A stretch of 64,000 bases of DNA from Armatimonadota bacterium (lineage in GTDB: Bacteria; Armatimonadota; HRBIN16): assembly GCA_963677485.1 (NCBI GenBank), contig OY781964.1:4608001-4672000 (forward strand). Reading direction: 5' to 3'. Each line of letters opens with the position of its first letter. The stretch's first letter is position 1. The notes beneath the pieces were generated by a model. That model made no database searches, was not told where the DNA came from, and worked only from the letters and a program-made list of their open reading frames with translations. Of this stretch, positions 18,648 through 28,641 are shown one piece after another. The translations under genes and the position numbers were made by a program.

Positions 18648-20170
18648 GCGATTCACCTGCACCCAGACTGGAAATGCACGGTGTGTGCAAGCGGTATGGG
18701 GCCACTATAGCACTTGATGATGTGAGTTTGAGCATCATGCCGGGCGTTGTTCATGCACTCGTCGGAGAGAACGGCGCAGGTAAAAGCACGCTGATGAAGG
18801 TGCTTTCAGGTGCGATATCTGCAGATAGTGGGGAGATGCGGCTCGATGGTGAGCCGTATCATCCCCGAAACCCTATGGATGCCCGGAAATCCGGAGTTGC
18901 CATGATCTACCAGGAGTTGTCCCTGGCCCACCATCTGTCGGTTGAGGACAACATCATCCTGGGCATGGAGCCCAACCGGTTCGGGATACTGAAACGCAGC
19001 GTGATCCGGCAACAGGCGCTTGATGCTCTCAACCAACTGGGACATCCTGAAATTCAACCTGAGACCCTTGTCGGGCAGCTCACTGTAGCCGCTCAGCAGC
19101 TTGTAGAGATCGGCAGAGCGATAGCGGTAGGTTGCCAGGTGTTAGTGCTTGATGAGCCGACCAGCAGTCTTTCGCGTGAGGATGTCGACAGGCTTTTCAC
19201 ACTGATCGCTAAATTAAAGCAGCAAGGGAAGTCGATCGTCTATATCTCGCATTTTCTAGAGGAAGTAAAGCAGGTCGCTGACAGTTTCAGCGTTTTGCGA
19301 GATGGACGGTCGGTATCTACCGGGGAGATCGGATCGGTGAGTACCGAGCAGATAGTCAGCCTGATGGTTGGACGTGACCTCAAGGAGCTTTACCCTCGTT
19401 CACAAAAAACACCGGGTGAGGTTGTGCTGGAGATCACGAATCTAGCCGGAATCATCAAACCGAGCTCCGCCAGCTTAACGCTGCATCGCGGCGAGGTACT
19501 GGGCATTGCCGGTCTGGTGGGAGCCGGACGGACCGAGCTACTACGCGCGCTATTTGGTTTAGACCCTGTGAAGAGCGGCTCTATCCGGCTGGGCTCGTAT
19601 ACCGGACCAGCATCACCGGCAAGACGGTGGGATCAGGGAGCGGGATTGCTGAGCGAAGACCGCAAGAACGAAGGGCTGGCTCTGAATCTGAGCATCGCGG
19701 ATAACCTCACGCTTTCCAAGTTGGAGGGTTTGGGGCCAGGCGTCACTATCATGCCGAATCAGCAATCTGCGGTGGCGACCAGTTTGATTGAAAAGCTGGC
19801 CATCAAATGCAAAAATCCCGGGCAACCGGTGTCGGACCTTTCGGGCGGTAATCAGCAGAAAGTGGCCATCGGCCGTCTGCTGCATCACGATGTCGATGTG
19901 CTTCTTCTAGATGAACCGACGCGGGGGATTGATGTGGCCAGCAAGGCGTTGATCTACAAACTGATCGATGAGCTGGCCATGGGCGATGCATCAAAGGGGA
20001 TCGCTCCCAAAGCGGTGTTGATTGTGAGCAGCTATCTTCCCGAGTTAATGGGGATATGTGACCGTATAGCGGTGATGCACCGCGGCGTTCTCGGTGCTGC
20101 GAGACCGGTGTCCGAACTGCATGAACAGCAGATAATGCTAGAGGCTACAGGAGCTGAGGAGACTGTATGA
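18644..20170 (+). CDS. Sugar ABC transporter ATP-binding protein (two NBDs)
   Basis: GENGAGKST, LDEPT, LSGGNQQK, DEPTRGID. Confidence 0.96.
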   Translation: MSDSPAPRLEMHGVCKRYGATIALDDVSLSIMPGVVHALVGENGAGKSTLMKVLSGAISADSGEMRLDGEPYHPRNPMDARKSGVAMIYQELSLAHHLSVEDNIILGMEPNRFGILKRSVIRQQALDALNQLGHPEIQPETLVGQLTVAAQQLVEIGRAIAVGCQVLVLDEPTSSLSREDVDRLFTLIAKLKQQGKSIVYISHFLEEVKQVADSFSVLRDGRSVSTGEIGSVSTEQIVSLMVGRDLKELYPRSQKTPGEVVLEITNLAGIIKPSSASLTLHRGEVLGIAGLVGAGRTELLRALFGLDPVKSGSIRLGSYTGPASPARRWDQGAGLLSEDRKNEGLALNLSIADNLTLSKLEGLGPGVTIMPNQQSAVATSLIEKLAIKCKNPGQPVSDLSGGNQQKVAIGRLLHHDVDVLLLDEPTRGIDVASKALIYKLIDELAMGDASKGIAPKAVLIVSSYLPELMGICDRIAVMHRGVLGAARPVSELHEQQIMLEATGAEETV

Positions 20171-21189
20171 TTTCGCCAGATAAGGTTACTGCGGCTAAAC
20201 GTCCGATAGGAAGCCGTCTCGGATTTCTGAATAAGTTCGGTGCGTTATTGGGGCTGTTTATCATCTTTGGGTTATTTACGGCCATTACATCAAGTGACTT
20301 TGCGTCTATACGTAATATCGAAACTATCGCAAGGCAGACAACTGTGGTCGGCACCGCTGCCCTCGGTATGACTATGGTGATCATCCTTGGCGGGATTGAC
20401 CTGTCGGTTGGGTCAGTCGTGGCCTTGACTACGGTTGTGATAGCTCTGGTGCTGGGCTACCATTCCGACACAGTGGTTACCGTGTCACCCATGCAGGGAC
20501 TGCTCGCAGGCCTGGCGGGGATTGGCGCAGGTGCGTTGTGCGGTTTGGTCAACGGGCTGTTGATCACCCGCTTGAAAGTGGTACCATTCATCGTGACTTT
20601 GGGCACGATGCTGGCGGTCACCGGTGTTGCCAAAGGGTTGGCTAATGATATGAAAGTCAACTGCGATGACTCTTGGTTAAACAGCGTGCTGGCCGCATTG
20701 GGGCCTGACAATCGGTGGCTGCTGCTGCCGGTCGGCGTGTGGATCATGTTGATACTAGCAGTGGTAGTGGCGTTTATCCTGAAGTACACTCGTTTTGGAC
20801 GGCATGTTTTTGCGGTGGGTTCTAATGAGCAGACCGCCCGTCTCTGCGGCATCTCGGTGGAACGGGTGAAGCTGCTTGTTTATGTCAGCAGCGCAGCGTT
20901 GGTCGGTTTAGCTGGCTTGATGCAGTTTTCGAGGCTGACCATCGGCGATCCGACTGTGGCGAAAGGTCTGGAACTGCAGGTCATCGCCGCGGTGGTGATT
21001 GGCGGGGGCAGTCTTTCCGGCGGGGAAGGATCCATATTCGGCACGCTGGTGGGAGCACTCATCGTCGGTGTGATCGGTTCAGGATGTTCACAAATGGGGT
21101 TACCGAACTGGGTTCAAGAGATCGCGACCGGCTGCATCATCGTAGTGGCTGTGGCACTGGACAGACTTCGTCACAGGCGTGCGATATAA
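20167..21189 (+). CDS. Sugar ABC transporter permease (RbsC-like)
   Basis: GGIDLSVGS, FIVTLG, AAVVIGGGSLSGGEG. Confidence 0.95.
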   Translation: MISPDKVTAAKRPIGSRLGFLNKFGALLGLFIIFGLFTAITSSDFASIRNIETIARQTTVVGTAALGMTMVIILGGIDLSVGSVVALTTVVIALVLGYHSDTVVTVSPMQGLLAGLAGIGAGALCGLVNGLLITRLKVVPFIVTLGTMLAVTGVAKGLANDMKVNCDDSWLNSVLAALGPDNRWLLLPVGVWIMLILAVVVAFILKYTRFGRHVFAVGSNEQTARLCGISVERVKLLVYVSSAALVGLAGLMQFSRLTIGDPTVAKGLELQVIAAVVIGGGSLSGGEGSIFGTLVGALIVGVIGSGCSQMGLPNWVQEIATGCIIVVAVALDRLRHRRAI

Positions 21190-21225
21190 CCATATTCGAA
21201 TCATTTCTTCATATGGAGGAGAACC

Positions 21226-22431
21226 GTGGCAACTAAGAGTTTCATAGAACAGAGTTTTGAACAGGGCAAGGGCGTGCTGCGTCTGTCACCCGTGTTCGTA
21301 CCTCGGCGTTTCGGCGCACCAGGGTATCGACTACGTCTTCACCCCGATGACTATTTCGCACTCGGCACAGAGCGGGGTGCCATGAAAGAGCGTTGGCTGG
21401 CAGCCGTCATCCCCGCCATGAACGGCCCTCTGGCTCCACCTGATGAAGGCATGAGTTATGTCGCACCTACCGATAACCCGAAAGACAAGTTCACTTTAAA
21501 AGATGCTGTGGATGCGCTTGGCAAGGACATCATCGGCGAGGAACTGATGCGGGATTACGGCGGCTGGCCGATGTATTCCAAGTTCTTCGATTATGGCACC
21601 CCGCTGTTTCATCACCTGCACCTTGGGTTTGAAGAGGCGGGTCGGGTTGGCCGATTGGGCAAACCGGAGGCGTATTATTTCCCGGCTCAGCTCAACAACC
21701 ACATGGGCACTTTCCCGCACACTTATTTTGGGTTTGACCCTGATGTGACCATCGACGAAGTGCGCGAAAGACTGCTTGACTACGAAAAGCGAGACACGCG
21801 CATCACGGAACTCTCGCGCGCTTACCGCATCGCACGCGGTACCGGCTGGTATGTTCCCCCGGGTGTGCTTCACTCCCCAGGGTCGGTTCTGACCTATGAG
21901 CCTCAGTGGGGCAGTGACGTGAACTCTGTCTACGAGAACATCACCGCTGGTGAGGTCTACCCATACGAATTCCTGGTAGAAAACTGCCCTGAGGAGAAGA
22001 AACGCGACGTCGACTACGTGCTTTCTTTGATGGACTGGGAGAAGAACATTGATCCACACTTCAAGAAGACCTATTACCGCCCACCTGTGGTCTGCCACAG
22101 TGATGCCGGTTATGAAGAGAAGTGGATTGCGTATGCCAACCCATACATCGCGGCCAAGGAGTTGACGGTGCATCCCGGCCAGACGGTCACCGTGAAAGAC
22201 GGAGCCGCCTACGGATGCATTTTGCTGCAAGGACATTGCAAGGTCGGTGTGCATGATGCGGAAGCCGCTATCATGCTGCGATACGGCCAGCTATCGGATG
22301 ATGAGTTCTTTGTAGGCGAACCGGCCGCCAAAGAGGGTGTGGTGATCAGTAACCGCTCGAAATCCGAGCCGCTGGTAATGTTGAAGCACTTTGGGCCAAA
22401 CCATCCCGATATGCCTCGCCAGAAGAAGTAG
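21226..22431 (+). CDS. Cupin protein resembling class I mannose-6-phosphate isomerase; substrate unknown
   Basis: KFFD..FHHLH, GKPEAYYF, VPPGVLHSPG..YEPQ..SD; GGAGG RBS. Confidence 0.7.
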   Translation: MATKSFIEQSFEQGKGVLRLSPVFVPRRFGAPGYRLRLHPDDYFALGTERGAMKERWLAAVIPAMNGPLAPPDEGMSYVAPTDNPKDKFTLKDAVDALGKDIIGEELMRDYGGWPMYSKFFDYGTPLFHHLHLGFEEAGRVGRLGKPEAYYFPAQLNNHMGTFPHTYFGFDPDVTIDEVRERLLDYEKRDTRITELSRAYRIARGTGWYVPPGVLHSPGSVLTYEPQWGSDVNSVYENITAGEVYPYEFLVENCPEEKKRDVDYVLSLMDWEKNIDPHFKKTYYRPPVVCHSDAGYEEKWIAYANPYIAAKELTVHPGQTVTVKDGAAYGCILLQGHCKVGVHDAEAAIMLRYGQLSDDEFFVGEPAAKEGVVISNRSKSEPLVMLKHFGPNHPDMPRQKK

Positions 22432-22459
22432 CGGAGCAGACGGATATCGTAGAATCTCC

Positions 22460-22496
22460 ATGTGTCGGGGTGGCAATTGTGAACCCCGGCACATTT
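22460..22496 (+). terminator. Hairpin downstream of the cupin gene
   Basis: atgtgtcggggt / accccggcacat stem, short U tail. Confidence 0.5.
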
Positions 22497-22562
22497 CCGT
22501 TACACTGAATCTTTGGGAAACATCTGCGGATGCCTGCCTCTGCACAGCCTTTTTAGTAACTG

Positions 22563-22649
22563 GTCGTAGAGGCGTCCCTTGTGGGCGCCCTAAACAAGAA
22601 CCATCGAATGATCAACGATTAGGGCGCCCACAAGGGACGCCCCTACGAC
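22563..22649. repeat. Inverted pair of GTAG-type REP-like palindromes (REPIN)
   Basis: gtcgtagaggcgtcccttgtgggcgccctaa ... ttagggcgcccacaagggacgcccctacgac. Confidence 0.8.
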
Positions 22650-22721
22650 AGTATCAGTCGCAATACGGGCTGCCTTGAACTCAAGAGCGGTGCTCCCCCT
22701 TGATCATCAAGGATATCACCT

Positions 22722-23867
22722 ATGATAGGAGCCTGTGACATCGTGAGTGCCATCCATACAACCAAACGTGAACAGTTCATCGAGTATGTCCGCATTGGCG
22801 GTGCTCCTATTTGTTCTCCTCAGATTGGAGCCGGAGCCGGTTTTGATACCAAACTCGCCGGCAAACGCTGGATAGGTGAGACCACACTCGACGACACGAT
22901 CGCTGCTTGCGAGCGGTTCGATATGGTGCCGCTGTTAAATGCTGGAATGCCCGACGCCGGGTTTGTTCAGCCAAAGCTGGCGTGGCAGACCGTGTCGCGT
23001 GAAGAGCAGCCGGACAAAATCCGCACCCGCATGGCTTTGAAGCTTCCTGGTGGAACGCTGGAACAAGAGATTGTAGAGGAACCTGTCCGGGGTGGGGTCA
23101 GGGTCAAGAGCCCCATCACACAAGCCGATGAGCTTTATCTTCTTGATGAGTTCCTTGATTTGTCGCTTAAGGAAGACTTGAACCCAATTGTTGAATATGT
23201 CCGAAACATCGTCAAACAGATCGACGGCAGGGGAGCAAGCTCCTTTCAATGGGCTGTACAGCCTTATGAGCTGCTCTGCTTTCCGGATACGGTCAACACG
23301 GTGGTTTTTGCCATGGAAGACCAAGAAACCCACTACCGCTTGATGGACAAGATACTGCTTCTGAACGAAAAGTTATTTGATGTCGTAGCTGCCGGTGGTG
23401 GCGACTTTATCTTCCTGGGCGGACCTGGCTCTGAGATGATATCCCCTCGCTTCTATAAAGAGTTCTTAATCCCATATAGCCTGAAGGCCACTCAGATTGC
23501 TCATGAACGGGGATTGCTGGTCTATTCGCATATCTGCTCACCAATTGAGCCGTTCTTGAGTATGGGCTTTTACAACCAGATGGGGATTGATCTTTTTGAA
23601 ACGCTCAGCCCTCCGCCTGTGGGGAATGTGCAAAGTTTGACTGACGCATTTCAGAAACTAAACCCGGCGATTTGCACTCGAGGCAATGTTGGCCTTGATC
23701 TACTGCTCAATGGCACAGAAGCTGAAGTATATGAGCGCACAGAGCAGATACTGCGTGAATCTGCAGAACGAAAACACATGGTGGCCGCCAGCGACTATCT
23801 ATTCTATGACGTCCCCGAGCAGAACGTCCATGCTATGTGTTCTGCGGTCGCGAGATATAGGGCTTAA
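22722..23867 (+). CDS. Uroporphyrinogen decarboxylase / MtaA-CmuA superfamily protein
   Basis: MISPRFYKEFLIPY, YSHIC, GNVGLDLLLNGT, VPEQNVHAM. Confidence 0.8.
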   Translation: MIGACDIVSAIHTTKREQFIEYVRIGGAPICSPQIGAGAGFDTKLAGKRWIGETTLDDTIAACERFDMVPLLNAGMPDAGFVQPKLAWQTVSREEQPDKIRTRMALKLPGGTLEQEIVEEPVRGGVRVKSPITQADELYLLDEFLDLSLKEDLNPIVEYVRNIVKQIDGRGASSFQWAVQPYELLCFPDTVNTVVFAMEDQETHYRLMDKILLLNEKLFDVVAAGGGDFIFLGGPGSEMISPRFYKEFLIPYSLKATQIAHERGLLVYSHICSPIEPFLSMGFYNQMGIDLFETLSPPPVGNVQSLTDAFQKLNPAICTRGNVGLDLLLNGTEAEVYERTEQILRESAERKHMVAASDYLFYDVPEQNVHAMCSAVARYRA

Positions 23868-23937
23868 CGCTTTTTGAAGGAATTGCCGGGTTACATAGCT
23901 AATCTATCAATAAATCTGTAAATAGGGAGAATGACAT

Positions 23938-25461
23938 ATGGGCTCCTCTCGCCCGTTCATAGAGATCGACCACATAAGCAAGTCATTCGGCGGAGTTCAT
24001 GCTCTGCAGGATGTCAGCTTTGATATACGCCCCGGGGAACTACACGCACTGGTAGGTGAGAACGGAGCCGGTAAATCCACACTCATCAAAGTGCTTGGAG
24101 GGAACTACCTCCCTGAGCAGGGAACTGTGAAGGTGGAAGGCCACGAGCTCAAGCTAGGCGATGTGAAAGCCAGCGAAGCTGTGGGCATCAGCGTGATCCA
24201 CCAGGAACCAACCGCTTTCCCGCACCTTTCCTCGGAAGACAGCATCTTTATCGGTGCGGAGCTTACTACGTTCGGCGGATTGCTGTTGAATCGGCCGGTG
24301 ATGAGGGCACGCACCAAAGAGTTGCTGGCGAGGGTAGGTGCCACGTTCGATCCCAGTCTGCCATTAGAGAAGCTCTCCGTGGCGCAGCGTCAGTTGGCTG
24401 CTGTTGCGCGGGCGTTGGCTCACAAAAGCCGATTGCTGATCATGGATGAACCTACCGCCTCGTTAAGCCAGCGTGAGACAGATGCCCTTTTCCTCATCGT
24501 CAAGCAGTTGCTTGAAGAAGGGGTGAGCATTCTATACGTCAGCCACCGCATGGAAGAGATTTTGGCCCTGGCCGATCGTGCCACTGTGTTCCGGGATGGA
24601 ACCTATGTAGGCACCCTGGAGCGAGAGCAGATCAACCGCGCTGAGCTCATCAAAATGATGGTGGGCCGTGAGATCACGGAATACGAACGCTACGAAGCCT
24701 CTGAGACGGTGGGGGATTCGGTTCTGCAGGTGCGCAACCTGACTCAGGCTGGCACTTTCAGCGACGTCAGTTTTGATGTTCACTCCGGTGAGGTGATGGG
24801 CCTTGGTGGTCTGGTGGGTGCGGGACGCACCGAAGTGGCCCGAGTGCTGTTTGGCCTTGATGAGGCGGATTCAGGCACAGTGACCATGAGTGGTAAACCG
24901 CTGGAGCTGGGTGATATCCAAAAGTCAATGGAAGCGGGTATCGCCATGGTTCCTGAGGATCGGCAGACTCAGGGTGCGGTCTTGCAGATGTCAATCGCCG
25001 ACAACATGGTGATGGCGGTCATGCGGGGCTGGAGCAAGTCCAGTTTTCGGGATTTCAGCCGAGAGAAAACGCTGATCACCGAGATGATGAAGCGCATGTC
25101 TGTGAAGGCCAAAAGCTCGCGCGATGCCGTGGAGAGCTTGTCCGGTGGTAACCAGCAAAAGATTGTGCTTGGCAAATGGCTGGGCACCACTCCTAAGCTG
25201 CTGATCCTGGATGAGCCAACCCGTGGTGTGGATGTCGGTGCTAAGGCCGAAATCCATCGGTTGATTCGCGAACTAGCCAACGATGGCGTGGCAGTGCTGC
25301 TGATCAGCAGCGATCTGCCGGAACTGCTGGCGATCAGTGACCGCATTGTTGTGATGCGGCACGGCTGTATCGCAGGTGAATTAACACAGAAGCAGGCCAC
25401 TCAGGAGGCGGTGATCGATCTTGCCCTGCAAGATGAGTCTGTGGAGGGTAAGAAGCAATAA
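23938..25461 (+). CDS. Sugar ABC transporter ATP-binding protein (RhaT/LsrA-like)
   Basis: GENGAGKST, MDEPTASL, LSGGNQQK. Confidence 0.96.
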   Translation: MGSSRPFIEIDHISKSFGGVHALQDVSFDIRPGELHALVGENGAGKSTLIKVLGGNYLPEQGTVKVEGHELKLGDVKASEAVGISVIHQEPTAFPHLSSEDSIFIGAELTTFGGLLLNRPVMRARTKELLARVGATFDPSLPLEKLSVAQRQLAAVARALAHKSRLLIMDEPTASLSQRETDALFLIVKQLLEEGVSILYVSHRMEEILALADRATVFRDGTYVGTLEREQINRAELIKMMVGREITEYERYEASETVGDSVLQVRNLTQAGTFSDVSFDVHSGEVMGLGGLVGAGRTEVARVLFGLDEADSGTVTMSGKPLELGDIQKSMEAGIAMVPEDRQTQGAVLQMSIADNMVMAVMRGWSKSSFRDFSREKTLITEMMKRMSVKAKSSRDAVESLSGGNQQKIVLGKWLGTTPKLLILDEPTRGVDVGAKAEIHRLIRELANDGVAVLLISSDLPELLAISDRIVVMRHGCIAGELTQKQATQEAVIDLALQDESVEGKKQ

Positions 25462-26463
25462 ATGGGTATCACATCAACGCCTCGAACGAATATTCTAGCC
25501 AAGTGGATACGTACCCGAGAGGCAGGGGTTCTTTTACTTCTGGTTGTCGCGATCGCCATCGTCGCCTTGCGTGACGTCACGTTCCTAGCTCCACGCAACC
25601 TGCAAGATATTCTTGTCGGATGCGCGCCATTTGCTATCTTGGCATGTGGTATGACCTTCGTAATCATCACCGGTGAGATTGATATCTCGGTCGGCTCGAT
25701 GGTTGGATTACTCTCGGTGGTGATGGGCTTAAGCTGCACAGCGGTCAACTGGGGCTTATCGGTGCCGGTCACCATCGCCATCATCGTCGTGGCAGGAGCC
25801 CTTCTAGGGCTGCTCAACGGTGTGTTAATGGAATACGGCAAGATACCCTCCATGATCGTCACGCTGGGTATGCTGACGGTCTTTCGGGGTGTCACCCAGC
25901 TGCTCAGCAAGGGTGAGACGATCACCAACCTGCCGGCAGCGCTGAGGTTCTTCGGAACTGGCACGATCATGGGCATTCCGGTGTGTATCGTCACCGCTAT
26001 CATCATCGTGATACTCTCGCATGTGATGCTGCAATATACGCCATTTGGGCGTCATGTTGTGGCGGTGGGAAGCAACCCCAGAGCCGCGAAAGTGCTGGGT
26101 CTGCCGACCAGGCGCATCAAAATCTGCGTGTTCGTGCTGATGGGGGTGCTGACCGCTATCGCAACTCTTGTGGGCGTACCCCAGCTTGCAGTGATCGAAA
26201 GCGGTATCGGCGTGGGCTGGGAAATGCTTATCATCACCTGCGTGGTGGTCGGCGGAACCTCGACCGCAGGTGGCCGAGGCAGCATCATCGGTTCGCTGCT
26301 GGGTGTCTTACTGCTGGTATCTGTCCGCACCGAGTTGATCTTTTTGAAATTGTCTGAAAGTGCCACGTATTGGGAACGAGCCATACAAGGCGCATTCATC
26401 TTAATGGCGGTTCTGGCAGATCATTTCGGCGCGATGCGTAAGCGAAAGGCGGTGAAGGCATGA
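25462..26463 (+). CDS. Sugar ABC transporter permease 1
   Basis: GEIDISVGS, IVTLG, VVGGTSTAGGRG. Confidence 0.94.
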   Translation: MGITSTPRTNILAKWIRTREAGVLLLLVVAIAIVALRDVTFLAPRNLQDILVGCAPFAILACGMTFVIITGEIDISVGSMVGLLSVVMGLSCTAVNWGLSVPVTIAIIVVAGALLGLLNGVLMEYGKIPSMIVTLGMLTVFRGVTQLLSKGETITNLPAALRFFGTGTIMGIPVCIVTAIIIVILSHVMLQYTPFGRHVVAVGSNPRAAKVLGLPTRRIKICVFVLMGVLTAIATLVGVPQLAVIESGIGVGWEMLIITCVVVGGTSTAGGRGSIIGSLLGVLLLVSVRTELIFLKLSESATYWERAIQGAFILMAVLADHFGAMRKRKAVKA

Positions 26464-27404
26464 AATTCCTGAAAGAGTATATCCATGAGGCCGTGCTTTT
26501 AGTAGTGCTGATTGTGTTGATGACGGTCATTCGGTTCATCGATCCATCTTTCCTCACCGCTAATGCTCAGGCGGAACTCAGCACGCACGTGTGGCAACTG
26601 GCACTCTTAGCCATTCCGATGACAATGATTATAGTTACCGGCGGTATCGACCTATCTATTGGATCGACTATGGCACTGGCAGCGGTGACGCTGGGGCTCA
26701 GCTATAAAGCGGGCATCAGCCCGTGGATTGGCTCATTGATGGCTTTAGTCGTAGCCACTGCAGCAGGCTGGTTGAACGGAGTGTTCGTCTCGAAGGTCAA
26801 GGTTCTTCCTTTGATCGTAACCCTGGCGACCATGTCCGCCTACCGTGGTATCGCAGAAGGGGTCAGCAAGGCGGCACCCGTCTCTGGATTCCCACCAGGT
26901 TTTGCTGTAGTCGGTCAAGGTTATGACAAGCTCATCGGACTGCCCTGGTCTGGCTGGGTATTCATCGCAGCCTTCGTGCTGGCACTTTGGGTGTGGCTCA
27001 AAACACCATTTGGCACATCGCTTACCGCGATAGGACATAATGAATCCGCGGCACGGTTCAGCGGATTGCCTGTCGCGCGGTTAAAGACATGGATATACAC
27101 GATCAGCGGTTTCCTGGCCGGAATTGCCGCCGTGCAGTATGTCTCACTACGAAATACCGCCAAAGCAGACATCGGCACAGGCATGGAGCTTGATGTGATC
27201 ACGGCCGTTGTGCTTGGAGGATCAAGTGTCACCGGCGGACGCGGCAACCTGCTGGGCACGCTACTCGGTGTGATCCTCATTCATGAGGTTCGCGAGTTTG
27301 TAAGCTGGTACTGGCAGAGCGATGAACTGAATTTACTGGTCATTGGATCTTTGCTGATCATCAGCGTATTGCTGAACTCTTTCATTAATCGCAAATCTCG
27401 GTAG
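26460..27404 (+). CDS. Sugar ABC transporter permease 2
   Basis: GGIDLSIGS, LIVTLA, ELDVITAVVLGG; ATGA coupling. Confidence 0.94.
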   Translation: MKFLKEYIHEAVLLVVLIVLMTVIRFIDPSFLTANAQAELSTHVWQLALLAIPMTMIIVTGGIDLSIGSTMALAAVTLGLSYKAGISPWIGSLMALVVATAAGWLNGVFVSKVKVLPLIVTLATMSAYRGIAEGVSKAAPVSGFPPGFAVVGQGYDKLIGLPWSGWVFIAAFVLALWVWLKTPFGTSLTAIGHNESAARFSGLPVARLKTWIYTISGFLAGIAAVQYVSLRNTAKADIGTGMELDVITAVVLGGSSVTGGRGNLLGTLLGVILIHEVREFVSWYWQSDELNLLVIGSLLIISVLLNSFINRKSR

Positions 27405-27458
27405 CATATCGTATTATAAGTTCAGAGCAGTATTCGAACCCAAGGAGGGTCTTTCACT

Positions 27459-28496
27459 ATGAATCGAAACCTGTTATTAGCTCTCGCAGCCGTGATGGCA
27501 GCGGGTATACTGGCAACCGGATGTGCGAAACCATCGGGCGAACCCGCAGGCAAGACCGAAATCGGCAAGCCTGGTAAAAAAATCACCATCTGCATGCTGC
27601 CTAAGAAAAAAGGAATCCCTTACTTCAGCAGTTGCGCGAATGGTGCCAAGAAGGCTGCAGAAGAACTTGGTAACGTAGAGTTCATCTATGATGGCCCCAC
27701 CGACGGTTCACCCGAAAAAGCCGCCGCCATGATCGAAAAATGGGTGCTGAAGCGTGTGGATGTGATCTGCGTGAGCCCCAATGACCCGGATGTGCTTGCC
27801 CCCGCCATGAAGGCTGCAAGAGAGAAGGGCGTCAAGGTCATCACATTTGACTCAGATGGGAAGCCTGACAGCCGTGAACTGTTTGTCAATCAAGCCACAG
27901 CAGAGCAGATCGGTAATGCGCTGGTCGATACGCTGATAGATGACATCGGCGGTAAAAATGCAACCGGTCAAGTGGCGATCGTCACCGCAACCCTGACGGC
28001 TGCGAACCAGAACATCTGGATGAACTACATGAAGACCCGTATCAAGAACAACTACCCGAAGATCGACCTGGTGGCTGTCAAACCCAGTAATGAAGACCAA
28101 AAGCTGGCCTTCCAGGTTTCCCAAGACCTGCTCAAAGCCTATCCTGACCTAAAGGGTATCTGGGGTATCAGCTCTGTGTCTTTCCCCGGTGCTGCTGAGG
28201 CGATCAAGCAGGCTGGTAAGTCGGGCAAGGTTCAGGTCACCGGTCTGGCGACTCCTAATGACATGAAGACATATGTCAAAGAGGGCACCGTGCGCAGCGT
28301 GGTTCTGTGGAACACCGAAGACCTTGGCGGACTGACAGTGAAGGCTGCTTACGCGCTGGCAACCGGCAAATGGGATCCCAAGGCCAAAGAGTTTGATGCT
28401 GGCACGCTGGGCAAGAAGAAGATCGTTGGCGACAACCTGCTTCTTGGCGACATCCTCGTGTTCCGTAAAGACAACATCGACAAATACAACTTCTAG
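27459..28496 (+). CDS. Sugar ABC substrate-binding lipoprotein, RhaS/LsrB family
   Basis: Lipobox ATGC; PKKKGIPYF, ITFDSD, TAANQNIW, VLWN. Confidence 0.9.
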   Translation: MNRNLLLALAAVMAAGILATGCAKPSGEPAGKTEIGKPGKKITICMLPKKKGIPYFSSCANGAKKAAEELGNVEFIYDGPTDGSPEKAAAMIEKWVLKRVDVICVSPNDPDVLAPAMKAAREKGVKVITFDSDGKPDSRELFVNQATAEQIGNALVDTLIDDIGGKNATGQVAIVTATLTAANQNIWMNYMKTRIKNNYPKIDLVAVKPSNEDQKLAFQVSQDLLKAYPDLKGIWGISSVSFPGAAEAIKQAGKSGKVQVTGLATPNDMKTYVKEGTVRSVVLWNTEDLGGLTVKAAYALATGKWDPKAKEFDAGTLGKKKIVGDNLLLGDILVFRKDNIDKYNF

Positions 28497-28508
28497 TTGG
28501 TATTCAGT

Positions 28509-28552
28509 ACCGCCTCCACGCAGCATCGTTGTGTGGAGGCGGTTGTTGTTTT
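28509..28552 (+). terminator. Intrinsic terminator of the second ABC operon
   Basis: accgcctccacgcagc / gttgtgtggaggcggt followed by tgttgtttt. Confidence 0.85.
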
Positions 28553-28641
28553 ACCCTCCCCTGCGTTAATGATATTTCAACTCACAACTGCCATACTGTA
28601 ACTGTAAAACACGGCAACGAATATAGTTGGAGGCTTTAGGC

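Noticed and set aside
27459-28496. AI-2 (Lsr) quorum-sensing importer
   Set aside because: Binding protein has N-Q and S-S-V where canonical LsrB has D-Q and P-x-A, and lsrK/R/F/G are absent; closer to RhaS-type sugar binding
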